DNA of 64,000 nucleotides from an uncultured Spirochaetota bacterium (GCA_963835575.1 CAWIGG010000004.1:448001-512000); one strand, 5' to 3'; shown: positions 43,501 through 54,919, counted from the stretch's first letter. A program made the numbers and translations. The notes: generated from the sequence alone by a model not told the origin.

Positions 43501-45166
43501 CAAAAGAAAACGGAGGAAGCGCTGAAAATAAGCGAGGCGCTTTACAGGAACCTGGTTGAAACTTCCCCCGATGGAATAGTCATGACTGACCTTGAGGGCA
43601 GGGTGATGACATGTAATGAGCGGTTCGCGAAAATATTCGGTTATGATGATGCTGAAGAAATGACCGGATTGCTGGCTTTTGATACGATGGCCGTGGAGGA
43701 CCAGGAACGCGCCAGGAGTAATATGGAAATTACCTTCAAGAAGGGAATCGTAAAAAATGTTGAATATACGCTCTTTAAAAAGGACGGTTCAAAGTTTACC
43801 GCTGAATTAAGCGCCAGCCTGGTTAAAGATTCCAGGGGAGCGCCGAATTCTTTTGTCGGAGTATTAAAAGATATCACTGACCGTAAAAAAGCCGAGGAAG
43901 CTTTAAGGGAGAGCGAACAGCGCTATAGAATGTTTGTACTGAACTCGACTGAAGGGATCGGACGGTGGGAAATCAATCCTCCCATGCCTATTACACTGCC
44001 TGAAAAAGAACAGCTTGATTATTTGTGGCAGAACACATTCAGCGCCGAATGCAATCAAACGCTCTCAGATTTTTACAAGCTGAAAAGCATAAAAGATTTT
44101 CCCAACCGGCCGCTGACGGATTTTATGCCCGAATCTGACCCGTTTAACACCGAACATCTCAGGGAATTTGTCCGCGCGCGTTATTCGATTAAAAACGCCG
44201 AATCGAAAGATGTTGATAAGAACGGCAAAGTCCATACTATGATCAATAATCTGACCGGCATAGTTAAGGACGGAATGCTTCAGAGGATATGGAGCATCCA
44301 GCGGGATGTGACGGAGTTTAATGAGCTTCAGCAGGAGCTTCAGGAAAAAAATGAGATATTCAGATTGTTTATGGAGTACAGTCCGGTTTATGTATTCTTT
44401 AAGGATGAGGATTCTAAAATTGTCTGGCTCAGTAAAAATTATGAAAAAGTCCTGGGCAAACCTGTTCGTGAATTGACTGGAAAAAGTATGTATGACATTT
44501 TCCCGGTTGAAGTCGCGGAAAAATCTGTTCAAGATGACCGATGGATTATCAGGGAAAGAAAACCAGCGGAGTTTATGGGGGAATTAAATGGGAGGGTGTA
44601 TTCAACAATAGAATTTCCGATTATACTGGGTGAAAAATCCGTTCTTCTGGCAGGTTTTACAACAGGCATTACAGAACGGAAGAAAATGGAAGATGATTTA
44701 AAAAAATGGGCTCAGCTTTTTGAACATGCGGCGTGGGGTGTCTGCATCGGGAGTATTGATAATAATAAACTGCAATTTGTCAATCCGGCTTTCGCGGAAA
44801 TGCATGGATATACCGCGGAAGAATTAGTCGGGAAGGCCTTTGATAAAATTGTGGCGCCTGAAGTCCGGGATGTTTTCCATGAAAAGATAGATATGATCCA
44901 GGAGAAGGGGCAGCATACATTTGAAAATCTGCATATCCGCAAGGACGGAACGGTATTTCCGGCGCTTATGAATGTGGCTGTCGTCAATGATGAAAAGGGC
45001 AAGCCGCTTTATAAGGCTGTTAATGTCCTGGATATAACCGAAAGAAAACTGGCCGAAGCGGCTTTAAAAGAAAACGAGGAAAAATTCCGCACTATTACTG
45101 AAACTTCCCGGGACTGGATGTGGCAGATCGATGTGAACGGCCGGCATATTTACTCTAATCCCACTG

Positions 45167-46841
45167 TTGCCTGTCGGTTTTTATAACATGCTTCATGGAC
45201 ATACGGCAGGGTTCCCGTTAAAATAAAACGGGAGAAAAAGATGGCAAGATTTGAAAAGAACAGCCTGGAGCAGGGTGAGTTCCTCGCGATCAATATAGGC
45301 GAGCAGTTTGATGAGAATTCCAGAGAATTTATACTAAAAGAATTCATCAAAAACCGTATTAAACTGGAGGATTTCGCGGCTTACTATAAGAACGACCATA
45401 GAGGCAGAGAGATTAAAAATCCTCGGGATGTGATCTGTGCGGTACTCTACGGTTACATTACGGGAAATCGTATCAGCCGAAAGATAGAAGATTTGCTGAA
45501 AAAACACATTGGGTTTATGTATGTTTCAAACCGGCTGAAAATTGACCATTCGGTAATTTGCGAGTTCAAGGTACTTTTTCAGGAAAAGATCGAGGAGTTG
45601 TTCAGCCAGCTTTTATATATACTCAACGAAATGGGGTCTATAGATTGGGACATGGTAGTGGGTGACGGCACAAAGATCAAGGCCTACGCGAGTAAGAATA
45701 AGAATGTGGGAAAGAAACATACCCGGAAGCTGATGGACACTTACCAGAAGATGGCGGAAAAGATTGTGAAACAAGACCTGGAACTGGAAGAATCTTACCG
45801 GGAAGGCAAGCTGGAGCAGCCTTATTACGAAGCGGAGAAGAAGCGGGTATCAAGGCGGAAAAAGATTTACGATAGTGTTTTGAACCAAATCGATGAATAC
45901 AAAAAACAGGTAGAGAGAGGGGAAAAGACAGACGAAGAATTCACCAACCTGACTGATCCCGAAAGCAAGCTGATGTCTGGAAATCCGCATAGTGTGTTTA
46001 TACAGGGATATAATTCGGCGATGATGGTCAGTAATAATGATGTGATTATAGATTTTGAAGCAATCACAACACCGGAAAAACAGCATACGGAAGAAATGGT
46101 AAAGAGGGTGGAACAGAAAAAAGCGGAATTAAAAGTTGATAAGGCTAGCAAATACCTTTTTGATTCGGGTTTTCAGGACATGGAAGAGACAATCCGGATG
46201 GTGGAGGAAGGAAAAGACCTTTATGTGGATACGAAAGAGCGGGATTTCAGTGATAAATCACAGAAGCGAAGAGACTTTAAACTGGAAAAGATTGATGACG
46301 AATATATCCTGGGATGCCGGGGCGGCCGTAAGGAAAATGGGTATTTAGATCGAAATAACCAAAGATATACATTTTTGTATTCACGGAAGGGCTGTGAAAG
46401 ATGTCCATTTTTCAGTGAGTGTTATAAAAACATCAAACCGAAAACACAGCAAAAGACAGTAATTTTCAGTGAGTTTGAATTGAATAATCGGTCTAAGATT
46501 GATGCTTATTTAACAAAACTTTACAGCGAAGAAGGGCAAAAGATATACAACCGCAGGATAGGTAAAGAACACGTATTTTCAAACATCAAAACACAGAAGG
46601 GTTATGTTCAGACAGTTTACAGAGGTCAACGGAAAGTGAATTTGGAGCTATGCTGGGTATCCCTTGCGCATAATTTTATGAAATATGCCCAATATTTGAG
46701 AAAATAGAGAGGATTTTGTATAGTCTGAGTATCGATTATTCGAAATTTATTATTAAAATCAGCTAAGCTGACAAAATTTTTATTTGCCCGCTTATTGTAA
46801 GGGGCTGGTTTGACTCCGAAAATGAAATAACCGACAGGCAA
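45167..46841 (+). mobile_element. IS1182-family insertion sequence
   Basis: 13-bp terminal inverted repeats TTGCCTGTCGGTT / AACCGACAGGCAA; imperfect 4-bp flanks ACTG/GCTG. Confidence 0.88.
45241..46707 (+). CDS. IS1182-family DDE transposase
   Basis: DHSVICEF, DGTKIKAYAS, TDPESKLM, QGYN, DSGF, CxxC, EHVFSNIK, AHNFMK. Confidence 0.88.
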   Translation: MARFEKNSLEQGEFLAINIGEQFDENSREFILKEFIKNRIKLEDFAAYYKNDHRGREIKNPRDVICAVLYGYITGNRISRKIEDLLKKHIGFMYVSNRLKIDHSVICEFKVLFQEKIEELFSQLLYILNEMGSIDWDMVVGDGTKIKAYASKNKNVGKKHTRKLMDTYQKMAEKIVKQDLELEESYREGKLEQPYYEAEKKRVSRRKKIYDSVLNQIDEYKKQVERGEKTDEEFTNLTDPESKLMSGNPHSVFIQGYNSAMMVSNNDVIIDFEAITTPEKQHTEEMVKRVEQKKAELKVDKASKYLFDSGFQDMEETIRMVEEGKDLYVDTKERDFSDKSQKRRDFKLEKIDDEYILGCRGGRKENGYLDRNNQRYTFLYSRKGCERCPFFSECYKNIKPKTQQKTVIFSEFELNNRSKIDAYLTKLYSEEGQKIYNRRIGKEHVFSNIKTQKGYVQTVYRGQRKVNLELCWVSLAHNFMKYAQYLRK

Positions 46842-48166
46842 GCTGTAAAAGAAATACTCGGCTACTCTCCGGATGAAATTATTGGAGTATCGTCGTCTGC
46901 GATATTAACAAAAGAAAGCAGGGAAGAAATGAAAAAACTCCTGCCTGATTATATCAGGAAAAAACATGGCTGGACCGGATGGGTTTTACAGTGGTATCAT
47001 AAAGACGGCTCTATACGCTGGCTGGAGAGTAATGCCAGTGCTTTACTGAATTCAAACGGCAAGCTTTTCGGTTTTAGAGGAGTGGACCGTGATATAACAG
47101 GGAGAAAGAGAATTGAGGAAGCTTTAAGTGAAAGCGAAGAACGTTTCCGTAATCTTGTAGAAACCACCAGCGACTGGATATGGGAAACCGATGTGAAAGG
47201 GAAATATATCTATTCCAGTCCTAAGGTGAAAGACCTCTTGGGATATGAACCGGAGGAGGTCATCGGCAGGACCCCGTATGATTTGATGCCGGATGAAGAA
47301 GCTAAAAGAGTATCTGTTATTGCCGGTAAAATCATGAAATCCCATAAGCCGATAATCAGACTTGAAAACAAAAACATCCATAAGGACGGCCGTTTTGTAT
47401 TACTTGAGACAAGCGGCATACCGGTTTTTGACAGCAGCGGAAAATTTCATGGCTACCGCGGTATTGACCGTGATATTACAGAGCGGAAACAGGCCGAAGA
47501 AACTGTTTCCAGGGCCCTTGAAGAAAAGGAAGGCCTGCTCCGCGAGCTTCAGCACAGGGTTAAAAACAGCTTTGCCATAATCACCGGGATTGTCGGTCTG
47601 GAAACCAACAGACAGCAGGACCTTCGCATGCAGAAAGTTCTGATGGATATACGGAACCGCATCAGTTCATTGTCAGAACTGTATGATCTCCTGTACCAGA
47701 ATCAGGAAGTCAAAAATATAAAGCTTAATCAATATCTTGAGAGATTGAGCCGCTCAATTATCGAAGTTTATTCGGCTGAAAAGAAATGGATCAAACTTCA
47801 GATGCATATGGATGAAATAGAAATTGATGTAAAGAGGGCTGTTTCGATCGGGCTGATTTTAAATGAGCTGTTGACAAATGCTTTAAAGCATGCTTTTCCT
47901 GAAAAACGCCGCGGAACAATCAGGATTAAATTGAATAAATCAAAAACAGGGATTGTCCTTGTGGTGGCTGATGAAGGCATTGGACTTCCTCAGAAAATAA
48001 AATTTGACGGCCAGAGCGGCCTGGGACTGGACCTGGTCAAGCTGTTGACTTCACAGCTGGATGGGAAGATAGACTTAAAAAGGGAAGATGGAACGGTTTT
48101 CAGTGTAAAATTTCCGCAGAAGAGCAAAGAGTAAATACTATTTGCAAGGAGCTGGCTGGAACTGCC

Positions 48167-48349
48167 TTAACTCTTTTTTTTAAAAAAAGCAGCGTATATT
48201 CCTATACCGGCCATTATCAGAAAAATAAGCAGAGTGAAAAATGGAGGGACTTCGTCCTGGAACGGATTGCCGACGGCAAGCTGATGAAATGTAAAGATCC
48301 CAACTATAATAAAAAACAAGATGACGATTATTTTCGGCATGAATTTCAT
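48167..48349 (-). CDS. Small two-TM membrane protein
   Basis: 60-aa hydrophobic ORF starting 11 bp after the TPR-Mrr gene stop, GGGA RBS. Confidence 0.6.
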   Translation of the reverse strand: MKFMPKIIVILFFIIVGIFTFHQLAVGNPFQDEVPPFFTLLIFLIMAGIGIYAAFFKKKS

Positions 48350-48360
48350 GTTATTTTCCC

Positions 48361-49725
48361 TTATTCCGCTGACTGTTTGAAGATAAGAGTAAGCCTCTGT
48401 CTGTCATAGAGATCGACAGGCCTGTTCTCCGAATAACGTATGGCCTGGGGTGTAAATTTGCCGGTGGTCACATAGAGCGCCCTGATTCCATGTACCAGTT
48501 TGAGATTTTCCACAAGTTTGGCCACCTGATCTTCGTTTACATCATCATTATCGCGGGATATCCTGACCAGAACTTTTCCGCCTCTCACATTTCTCCATTT
48601 CAGGCTTCTTTCCATGCCGACAATTTCAAGATGGTCGTCATCCTGCATGGTGCTTTCAAGCGTTTCATAACCCAGTGCTTTGAGGAAGTTCTGGCTGATG
48701 ATCTCAAAAGTCGTCGGTGTGGAAGTAAGAAGGTCTTTCAGTTTATCATCAACGCGGAGGTCCTCATATTCCGCCAATTTTGCCTGAACTTCCTGATAGT
48801 TCGGACGGAGCTGGGCGACCTTTTCCCATTGTTCCACGGCTTCCACTAGACGCCTTTCTTTTTCATAAGTCATTCCCAGCGTATAATGGATCGCGATTGT
48901 CGTATTGTTTTCTTCACTGGAATACTTAAGGGCCCTTTCAAAATCCGCTTTCGCGCCTTCCAGTTCGCTGACTTCCAGCTTGCAGATGCCTTTCTGGTAG
49001 ATTGCTTTGACTTTTAATTGATTATCTTTTGTCTGCTCGGCTATATCCAGTTCCTGCACGGCTTTTCCGTAAGCGTTCATGGCCTTGAGGATAATACCGA
49101 TGAAATAGTGCGCTTCCGGGTTTTTCGGGTCCAGCCTGACGCAGTTTGTAAAGGCGTTTAATGCCTCATTAGAACGGCTCATCTCATAATATATTTTTCC
49201 GATCAGAAAGAAAATTTCCGAACTGCTTTTTCCGGATTTCAAAGCTTTATCAAGATAGGTCAGGGCCTGTTCTTTCATGCCTCTGTCATAAAAAATATTG
49301 CCGATCTGATAGAGATATTCGGAATTATGCGGCTCGAGCTTGGAAAGGACAACAAATTCCTTCTGGGCTTCCTCGAGCTGGCCGAATTTCATGTAAATAT
49401 CAGCCAGGCGCTTACGGATGATCTTTTCTGTCGCCGAATTGGAAAAGCGCCCTGTCGATAGGACCTGCTTATACTCCACCATCGCCATTTCCAGATTGCT
49501 TGTGAAATAATACGCCTCGGCCAGGTATAGGTGGGCCAAAGGATTACGGTCGTCTTTTTTCATCAGCGCGTTCAGAGCATTGATGGCCTGCTCGTATTTG
49601 CTGGATTCAAGAAGGGCCTTTATGGAATCGAGCTTGTGAGGCCCGATTAAATTCTGGAACAGGTATAGAATGCCCAGGATTGCCACAATAATGATCAGAG
49701 CGACAATAATCAAACTTTCTAACAT
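48361..49725 (-). CDS. Membrane-anchored TPR protein with C-terminal Mrr-like (restriction-endonuclease-fold) domain
   Basis: N-terminal TM helix, multiple TPRs, C-terminus FEIISQNFLKALGY...YVTTGKFTPQA...VDLYDRQRL. Confidence 0.8.
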   Translation of the reverse strand: MLESLIIVALIIIVAILGILYLFQNLIGPHKLDSIKALLESSKYEQAINALNALMKKDDRNPLAHLYLAEAYYFTSNLEMAMVEYKQVLSTGRFSNSATEKIIRKRLADIYMKFGQLEEAQKEFVVLSKLEPHNSEYLYQIGNIFYDRGMKEQALTYLDKALKSGKSSSEIFFLIGKIYYEMSRSNEALNAFTNCVRLDPKNPEAHYFIGIILKAMNAYGKAVQELDIAEQTKDNQLKVKAIYQKGICKLEVSELEGAKADFERALKYSSEENNTTIAIHYTLGMTYEKERRLVEAVEQWEKVAQLRPNYQEVQAKLAEYEDLRVDDKLKDLLTSTPTTFEIISQNFLKALGYETLESTMQDDDHLEIVGMERSLKWRNVRGGKVLVRISRDNDDVNEDQVAKLVENLKLVHGIRALYVTTGKFTPQAIRYSENRPVDLYDRQRLTLIFKQSAE

Positions 49726-49761
49726 GAACGGCTCCCGTTTTTTATTATCTCAGCATATATT

Positions 49762-51573
49762 TTATAGTTGAGACAAATAATTATCAACAGTTGACATATT
49801 TTTATAATTCGGGTATCTGCTCTTTATATCCTGTAATATTGATTTTGCGTCCGCGGATTTGTTAAGTTTCATATATGCTTCGGCCAGATTTAAGGAGACA
49901 TCGGGATCGTCCTTTAATTTTCTCGCTTTTTCAAGAGTCAGGGCCGCGTTATCGTAATCCTTGACTTTAGAATATATTTTACCTAGCTCGGCCGTTGTAT
50001 CAAAATCGGTCGGGTTGATTTCGAGCGCTTTTTTATAAGAAGCGACGGCGTCATCATAAAGCTCGGTTTTAGCATAGGCGTCGCCCATTCCCTTATAAGC
50101 GAGATCGGATTTTGGATTAAGATCCAGCGATTTTTTGAAATACTTAAGCGCGTTATCATAATTATCCTGTTTTAAATTCAGAAATCCCAGAGCCGAGTAG
50201 CTGTCGGGATCATTGGGATTGATCTGGACGGCTTTATTGTACGCTTCTTCAGCGGCCGAATACTGCTTGAGCTCCAGATAGCTGTTTCCCATATTGATAT
50301 ATGCCGGATAAAAGCTGCTGTCTTTATTAATAGTATCGTTATATAATTTTATGGCTTCAGTATGATTGTTATTCATTGCCTGTGTTCTGCCGTAGTTGTA
50401 GGAAGCGAGCGGGTTGTCCTTATTCAGGGCATAGGCTTTTTTGTAAGCGGTCATCGCGTCCCTGCTCCTGCCGGTCTCTTCATAAGCGTTGCCCAGTTTG
50501 ACAAAGGCGGTATCGTTATTCGGGTCGATCTCGACGCTTTTTTCATAAAATTTCACCGCTTTGGCGTAATCTTTATGATAAGCGTAAATAAGGCCGATGT
50601 TGACCAGCGCTTTGGCATTGGAGGGGTCTTTCTTAATGGCTTCCTGAAAGCTCTTCAGGGCGCTGTTGTCGTCGCTGAGTCTCATAAATGTCAGCCCCAG
50701 GTTGTAATATGCCTTGGCATATTCCGGGTCGATCGCGACGCATTTCTGGAATTCATCTCTGGCTTCATTGTACATCTTTTTCATGTAATAAATGATGCCC
50801 ATCAGATAATGAGCGTCCGCGCTGTCATAATTGGCGATTGAGGACTTGAATTCCTCGAGCGATTCGTCATACATCTTTTTATCATACAGAATCTTACCGT
50901 TTGTATAATGAGCGACGCCGTTATTGGGGTCTTTCTTGAGGGCGTCGCGGCTTTTATCGATGGCATCCTGCGTCTCATTCAATTTATAATGGGTCAGGCC
51001 CTGATAGGCGTCCGCGTCGGCGTTTTTCGGGTCCAGGTCCTCCGCCTTTTTAAACTCATCCAGAGCTTCCTTGAAATAACCGGTGTTGAGGTATTTAATA
51101 CCGTTCTGAATATGCTGTTTGGCCTGATCTTCCTTAGAGGTCTTATCCTTCAGGTCATTTTTAATGATGGGTTTATCCTTTTTTATTTCATTTTTTTGAC
51201 CGGTATCCAGGCTGGCTGTTTCATCCTTTATATTAGTGTTTTTATGGTTCTTCGCGTTATCCTGGTTTTTCATGAGGTTTTTAATTTTCTTACGCAGTTT
51301 TTCAATGCGGGGATCATTGGGGTTTTCCATAAAAGCCTTATCCAGGTTGTCCTTGGCCCTCTCATAATCTTCATTATTAATATATTCCTCGGCAAGCGTT
51401 ATATATTTCTCGAGATTAATTTTTTTAACAATAAAATAGCCGGCGGGAATGGAAATGACTAGAAGACCGATGATGACGGCGAGAAGAATTTTCTTATTAT
51501 TTTGTTTTTCCCGGGGGGTCCTTGTTTTTTTAACTGGTTTAGCGGTTATTTTTTTACTCTTTTTACGGGGCAT
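49762..51573 (-). CDS. Membrane-anchored multi-TPR protein
   Basis: Basic N-terminus, TM helix, more than 10 TPR units (AYYNLG, ALVNIG, A..IDP). Confidence 0.88.
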   Translation of the reverse strand: MPRKKSKKITAKPVKKTRTPREKQNNKKILLAVIIGLLVISIPAGYFIVKKINLEKYITLAEEYINNEDYERAKDNLDKAFMENPNDPRIEKLRKKIKNLMKNQDNAKNHKNTNIKDETASLDTGQKNEIKKDKPIIKNDLKDKTSKEDQAKQHIQNGIKYLNTGYFKEALDEFKKAEDLDPKNADADAYQGLTHYKLNETQDAIDKSRDALKKDPNNGVAHYTNGKILYDKKMYDESLEEFKSSIANYDSADAHYLMGIIYYMKKMYNEARDEFQKCVAIDPEYAKAYYNLGLTFMRLSDDNSALKSFQEAIKKDPSNAKALVNIGLIYAYHKDYAKAVKFYEKSVEIDPNNDTAFVKLGNAYEETGRSRDAMTAYKKAYALNKDNPLASYNYGRTQAMNNNHTEAIKLYNDTINKDSSFYPAYINMGNSYLELKQYSAAEEAYNKAVQINPNDPDSYSALGFLNLKQDNYDNALKYFKKSLDLNPKSDLAYKGMGDAYAKTELYDDAVASYKKALEINPTDFDTTAELGKIYSKVKDYDNAALTLEKARKLKDDPDVSLNLAEAYMKLNKSADAKSILQDIKSRYPNYKNMSTVDNYLSQL

Positions 51574-51587
51574 AGCGGCCTCCTCTA

Positions 51588-52310
51588 TTATTTTTCAATT
51601 TCTTCCAATTCATTATCTATTACTTTGCCCTTGTCAACCGGTTTTATCTGGTCCAGGACCCCTTCAATATCGATCAACGGCTCCACAGCCGGGGTTGTTT
51701 TATTGGTTGAAGATGAATCGCCTTCGTAGGGGAATAATTTGTCCTTATCGAAGTCAAAAGTACTGCTCTTAAGAATCGCGAGCGCTCTCCGGATATTATC
51801 GCTCTGCGGTCCCCGCGGGGCTTTTACCAGATAATCTTCCCACTCCCTGATGGTATTATTTTTATCCTTCATTTTATAATAGGCCATTCCCTTAAACCAG
51901 TATGTCTGGACCAGGTTCGAGTCCAGCTGATAGGACTGGTTCAGGTAATCTATCGATTTCGCATATTCTTTTTTCAGAAAATAGACATAGCCTATATTAT
52001 GCGTTATGATGCCCTGCAGGTCGGGCTTATCCGCGGACTCAAAGGAAATTTTGTACACATCAAGGGCTTTATCGAAATCCCCGTTATTGACATAAGAATT
52101 ACCCAGGAAAAAGTATATAGTCGGATTTTTAAAACCTTCATCCAGTGCTTTTTTAAAACTGCCGATGGCCATGAGAAACTTTTTTTCAGAGTATGATTTT
52201 AAGCCTTTGATAAAATTCTCATTGGTTTCACTGTAAAGCGCTGAAAAAAATAGATTAAAGCAGAGTATAAATAAAACCGCTTTTATATGAGCGGGGGACG
52301 GCTTAAACAT
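51588..52310 (-). CDS. Exported TPR protein
   Basis: Signal peptide and 3-4 TPRs (YFFLGNSY, HNIGYVY, YWFKGMAY). Confidence 0.8.
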   Translation of the reverse strand: MFKPSPAHIKAVLFILCFNLFFSALYSETNENFIKGLKSYSEKKFLMAIGSFKKALDEGFKNPTIYFFLGNSYVNNGDFDKALDVYKISFESADKPDLQGIITHNIGYVYFLKKEYAKSIDYLNQSYQLDSNLVQTYWFKGMAYYKMKDKNNTIREWEDYLVKAPRGPQSDNIRRALAILKSSTFDFDKDKLFPYEGDSSSTNKTTPAVEPLIDIEGVLDQIKPVDKGKVIDNELEEIEK

Positions 52311-52384
52311 TCTTTACCCCTCCGGTATTTGTACTTCATATTTTAAATTAATCGGCAATTAAATCCAATAAAAGGATTATAAAG

Positions 52385-53935
52385 TTACCTGAGCTTTGCT
52401 TCAATATCTTTTATTCTTTTTTCTATATCGTCCAGTTTATCAGGCGGCATTCCTTCAAAATCGAGGTTCAGCTTGAGCAATTCTTCAATAACGCCGATTT
52501 TTTTATCAATCCGGGTAATAGTATCATTGACATCCTCGATTTTTTTACTTTTATTATTTTTCTTTTCGCGGCTCTCCACCTTTTCTTTATAACCGCTGGA
52601 TATATCTTTATAATCCTTTTCCTGTTTTTTTATCAGTTCTTCATAATATTTTTTAAGGGCTACGATTTTTGCTTCATACAGCTTCTGAAGCCTGCCCACG
52701 TCTTTTTTTAACTGGTTGGTATCTTCCCCGTTTTCTTCATTTGTAAATATATAAGAAGGTATAATGATGGAGGCATTTGTTTCCGGATAAGGTTCTTTCA
52801 TCCCTGATTTGTTTTTTCCCTGATTTGAATTTTCAAAAGGGTCGCCGTATTCCGATTTAACGACGGATTTCTCAAGCCCTTTCTGGAGGCTGGAGCCTTC
52901 TTTATTGTTATTGCTGAGATACAGGTCCATTTTATCAAGAAGCGCGGTCAGTTTTTCAAATAATCCCAGCTGGGATTTTAAGGAAACCGTATCGGACCCC
53001 GTTAATGACTGGTTTATTTGGCTTGAGCCGGTAATGGAATTTTTCATGTTGCCGTTATTGGGGTTGATTTCAGTAACCGCTTCGCTGAGCTTGAGATATA
53101 CAGGCTGCAGTCTTGAGGCTGAAAGCACGGTCCCGAAAGAAACTTCTTCACCGCTTTTTATATAAATATTATTAAAATAGATTGCGACAGCCGCGTCGGG
53201 ATTGGCAAACGCGTTGTATTTAAACCTGGCCAGGGGCGACAGTTCGTATTCGAGTTCTTTTTCATCAAACTTTTTCCAGTTGCCGATAATCAGCTTCTCA
53301 GGTTTTATTTCATTAATTGAAGGGTATATAAACAAGCCGCTGCCGAAATCTCTCGCATCTCCGTCATATATCCCTGAAAATATGAATTGAGGCATGTTTT
53401 CTTTATTCAGCAATCTGTCGTATTCTATTTTTTCTTTGCTGGATAAATAAATGGAAGGCCGTTTTTCCGATTCACCGTATACTGTATCGAAAAGTAACCG
53501 GGCCCCGGCAAGGGATTGATTCGGTCCGTCATTTTTTACTTTAATGAGGCAGACTATTGAATTATTATTTTTACCATCCAGGTTTGTGATCAGGAATACC
53601 AGATTCAGCGCCAGAGTATCAATTTTAAAGGCGCATAGAATTTTATTCTCATCTGATTGGAACGGCTTTATAATGGAAACTACGCCGGTTTCATTAAGCT
53701 GATAAGGCTTTCCGTTAACAATAAAGGTAATATAAGATGTTGGCGGAAGGTCTTTAAACAGATATTGCCGGGAAAACCGGGTGGACGGATGCGGGTTTTC
53801 AGCATAAAAAGCGCCGCTCTGGTCGTCAAGGAAAAAAGTTATGTCTTTTCCAACCAGGTTCAGGAACTCAGGATAGATCATATTACTGAAACCGGTTAAA
53901 AATAGAAGAAGAATTGTTTTTATAACTATTTTCAT
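52385..53935 (-). CDS. Exported hypothetical protein (beta-rich N-domain, C-terminal coiled coil)
   Basis: Signal peptide, GARLLFDT..GE, PDAAVAIYF, charged coiled-coil tail; within the TPR operon. Confidence 0.7.
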   Translation of the reverse strand: MKIVIKTILLLFLTGFSNMIYPEFLNLVGKDITFFLDDQSGAFYAENPHPSTRFSRQYLFKDLPPTSYITFIVNGKPYQLNETGVVSIIKPFQSDENKILCAFKIDTLALNLVFLITNLDGKNNNSIVCLIKVKNDGPNQSLAGARLLFDTVYGESEKRPSIYLSSKEKIEYDRLLNKENMPQFIFSGIYDGDARDFGSGLFIYPSINEIKPEKLIIGNWKKFDEKELEYELSPLARFKYNAFANPDAAVAIYFNNIYIKSGEEVSFGTVLSASRLQPVYLKLSEAVTEINPNNGNMKNSITGSSQINQSLTGSDTVSLKSQLGLFEKLTALLDKMDLYLSNNNKEGSSLQKGLEKSVVKSEYGDPFENSNQGKNKSGMKEPYPETNASIIIPSYIFTNEENGEDTNQLKKDVGRLQKLYEAKIVALKKYYEELIKKQEKDYKDISSGYKEKVESREKKNNKSKKIEDVNDTITRIDKKIGVIEELLKLNLDFEGMPPDKLDDIEKRIKDIEAKLR

Positions 53936-53944
53936 GATTATCCC

Positions 53945-54919
53945 CTATTGATCAGCCGAATTGGTCTCTGAATTAAGATTATACAGGATTTTGTTTTTTT
54001 CCTTGATGGCTTTTTCCTTTAAATCAAGGAGCCTGGCTTTAAGCTCAATCAGCTCCTTGTACCGTTCAATTTCTTCCTGCTTTTTCCTGTTTTCCTCGGA
54101 CAATTTATTTTTTATCAGAGCATTGGTATCAATTATTGTACTGATTTGCGTGGAACTGACAGTATTGCTGATAAAAAGATAATTTGTATAATAATTGGTT
54201 GTAAAGGTATTTTCCTGAGTTGGAGATATAATAACATTAGTTGAAGATATAACATTGGTTATTTCAATAAAATTGGTGATTTCCCATTGGCCTTCAGTCA
54301 GATCAACAGTATTCAAATTTGTCGGGGTTTTGTTTGGAAGCGCCTGACCGACAAATTCTTTATGTTCCTTTTTCTTATATTTCAGCAGGATTCTTCTGGC
54401 TTCGGGATAATAGGGGCTGCAGGGGTAGTTTGAAACGATGCTTTCAAAAAAAACAAGGGCTTCCGGGATCAGTTTGAGCGCCTCATAGGATTTTCCGCCA
54501 TAATAAAGAGAGGCATGATGAACCGGAGAGTTTTTGTATTGAAACGCGAAATTTTTAAAACTCCAGGCCGCGGATTTCCATTGCTTGAGCCTGTAGTAGT
54601 TTTCGCCTTTTCCGAAAAGGGCCATCCTTTTATCATTCTCATTCCGGGCATTGTTATCAAGTATTGAATAATAAGAGAGGGATTTATCATAGTTTTTTAA
54701 ATAATAATAGCATTTCGCCGTGTAATAGAGCGCTTTATTATAATTTGTCGCGGCGGGATATTCAGTTATAAGATTGGTCAGTTCTTCAACGGCCAAAGCG
54801 TACCTTTTTTGAAGGTATAATTTTTCAGCCAGATTGAACCGCGCCTCATCCAGCGTCAATCCGTAAATTATGGAAAATATAAAAAAGCCCATGAGAAAGT
54901 ATAGATATTTTTTAAACAA
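53945..54919 (-). CDS. Exported TPR protein (CpoB/BamD-like) with Thr-Asn-rich linker
   Basis: Signal peptide, TPRs ending in EYP/NYP.SP, TN-rich segment, coiled-coil end. TTG start after GAGGAG. Confidence 0.75.
   Translation of the reverse strand: MFKKYLYFLMGFFIFSIIYGLTLDEARFNLAEKLYLQKRYALAVEELTNLITEYPAATNYNKALYYTAKCYYYLKNYDKSLSYYSILDNNARNENDKRMALFGKGENYYRLKQWKSAAWSFKNFAFQYKNSPVHHASLYYGGKSYEALKLIPEALVFFESIVSNYPCSPYYPEARRILLKYKKKEHKEFVGQALPNKTPTNLNTVDLTEGQWEITNFIEITNVISSTNVIISPTQENTFTTNYYTNYLFISNTVSSTQISTIIDTNALIKNKLSEENRKKQEEIERYKELIELKARLLDLKEKAIKEKNKILYNLNSETNSADQ

Larger units (their letters stand above)
40852..48134 (+). pseudogene. REC-12xPAS-HisKA_2-type sensor histidine kinase (about 1870 aa when rejoined), interrupted by IS1182
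   Basis: Receiver (LLVEDE, LMDI), repeated PAS/PAC units ending DITERK, kinase ELQHRVKN and NELLTNALKHAF, DEGIG. The reading frame YSNP|(T/A)VKEILGY rejoins across 45166/46846. Confidence 0.9.

Noticed and set aside
46760..46860. Outward IS promoter driving the kinase fragment
   Set aside because: TTGACT and CTGACA hexamers are present, but no properly spaced -10 box was found.
48361..49725. Active Type IV (Mrr) restriction enzyme
   Set aside because: Catalytic motif looks degenerate, and the context is a host-like envelope gene cluster.
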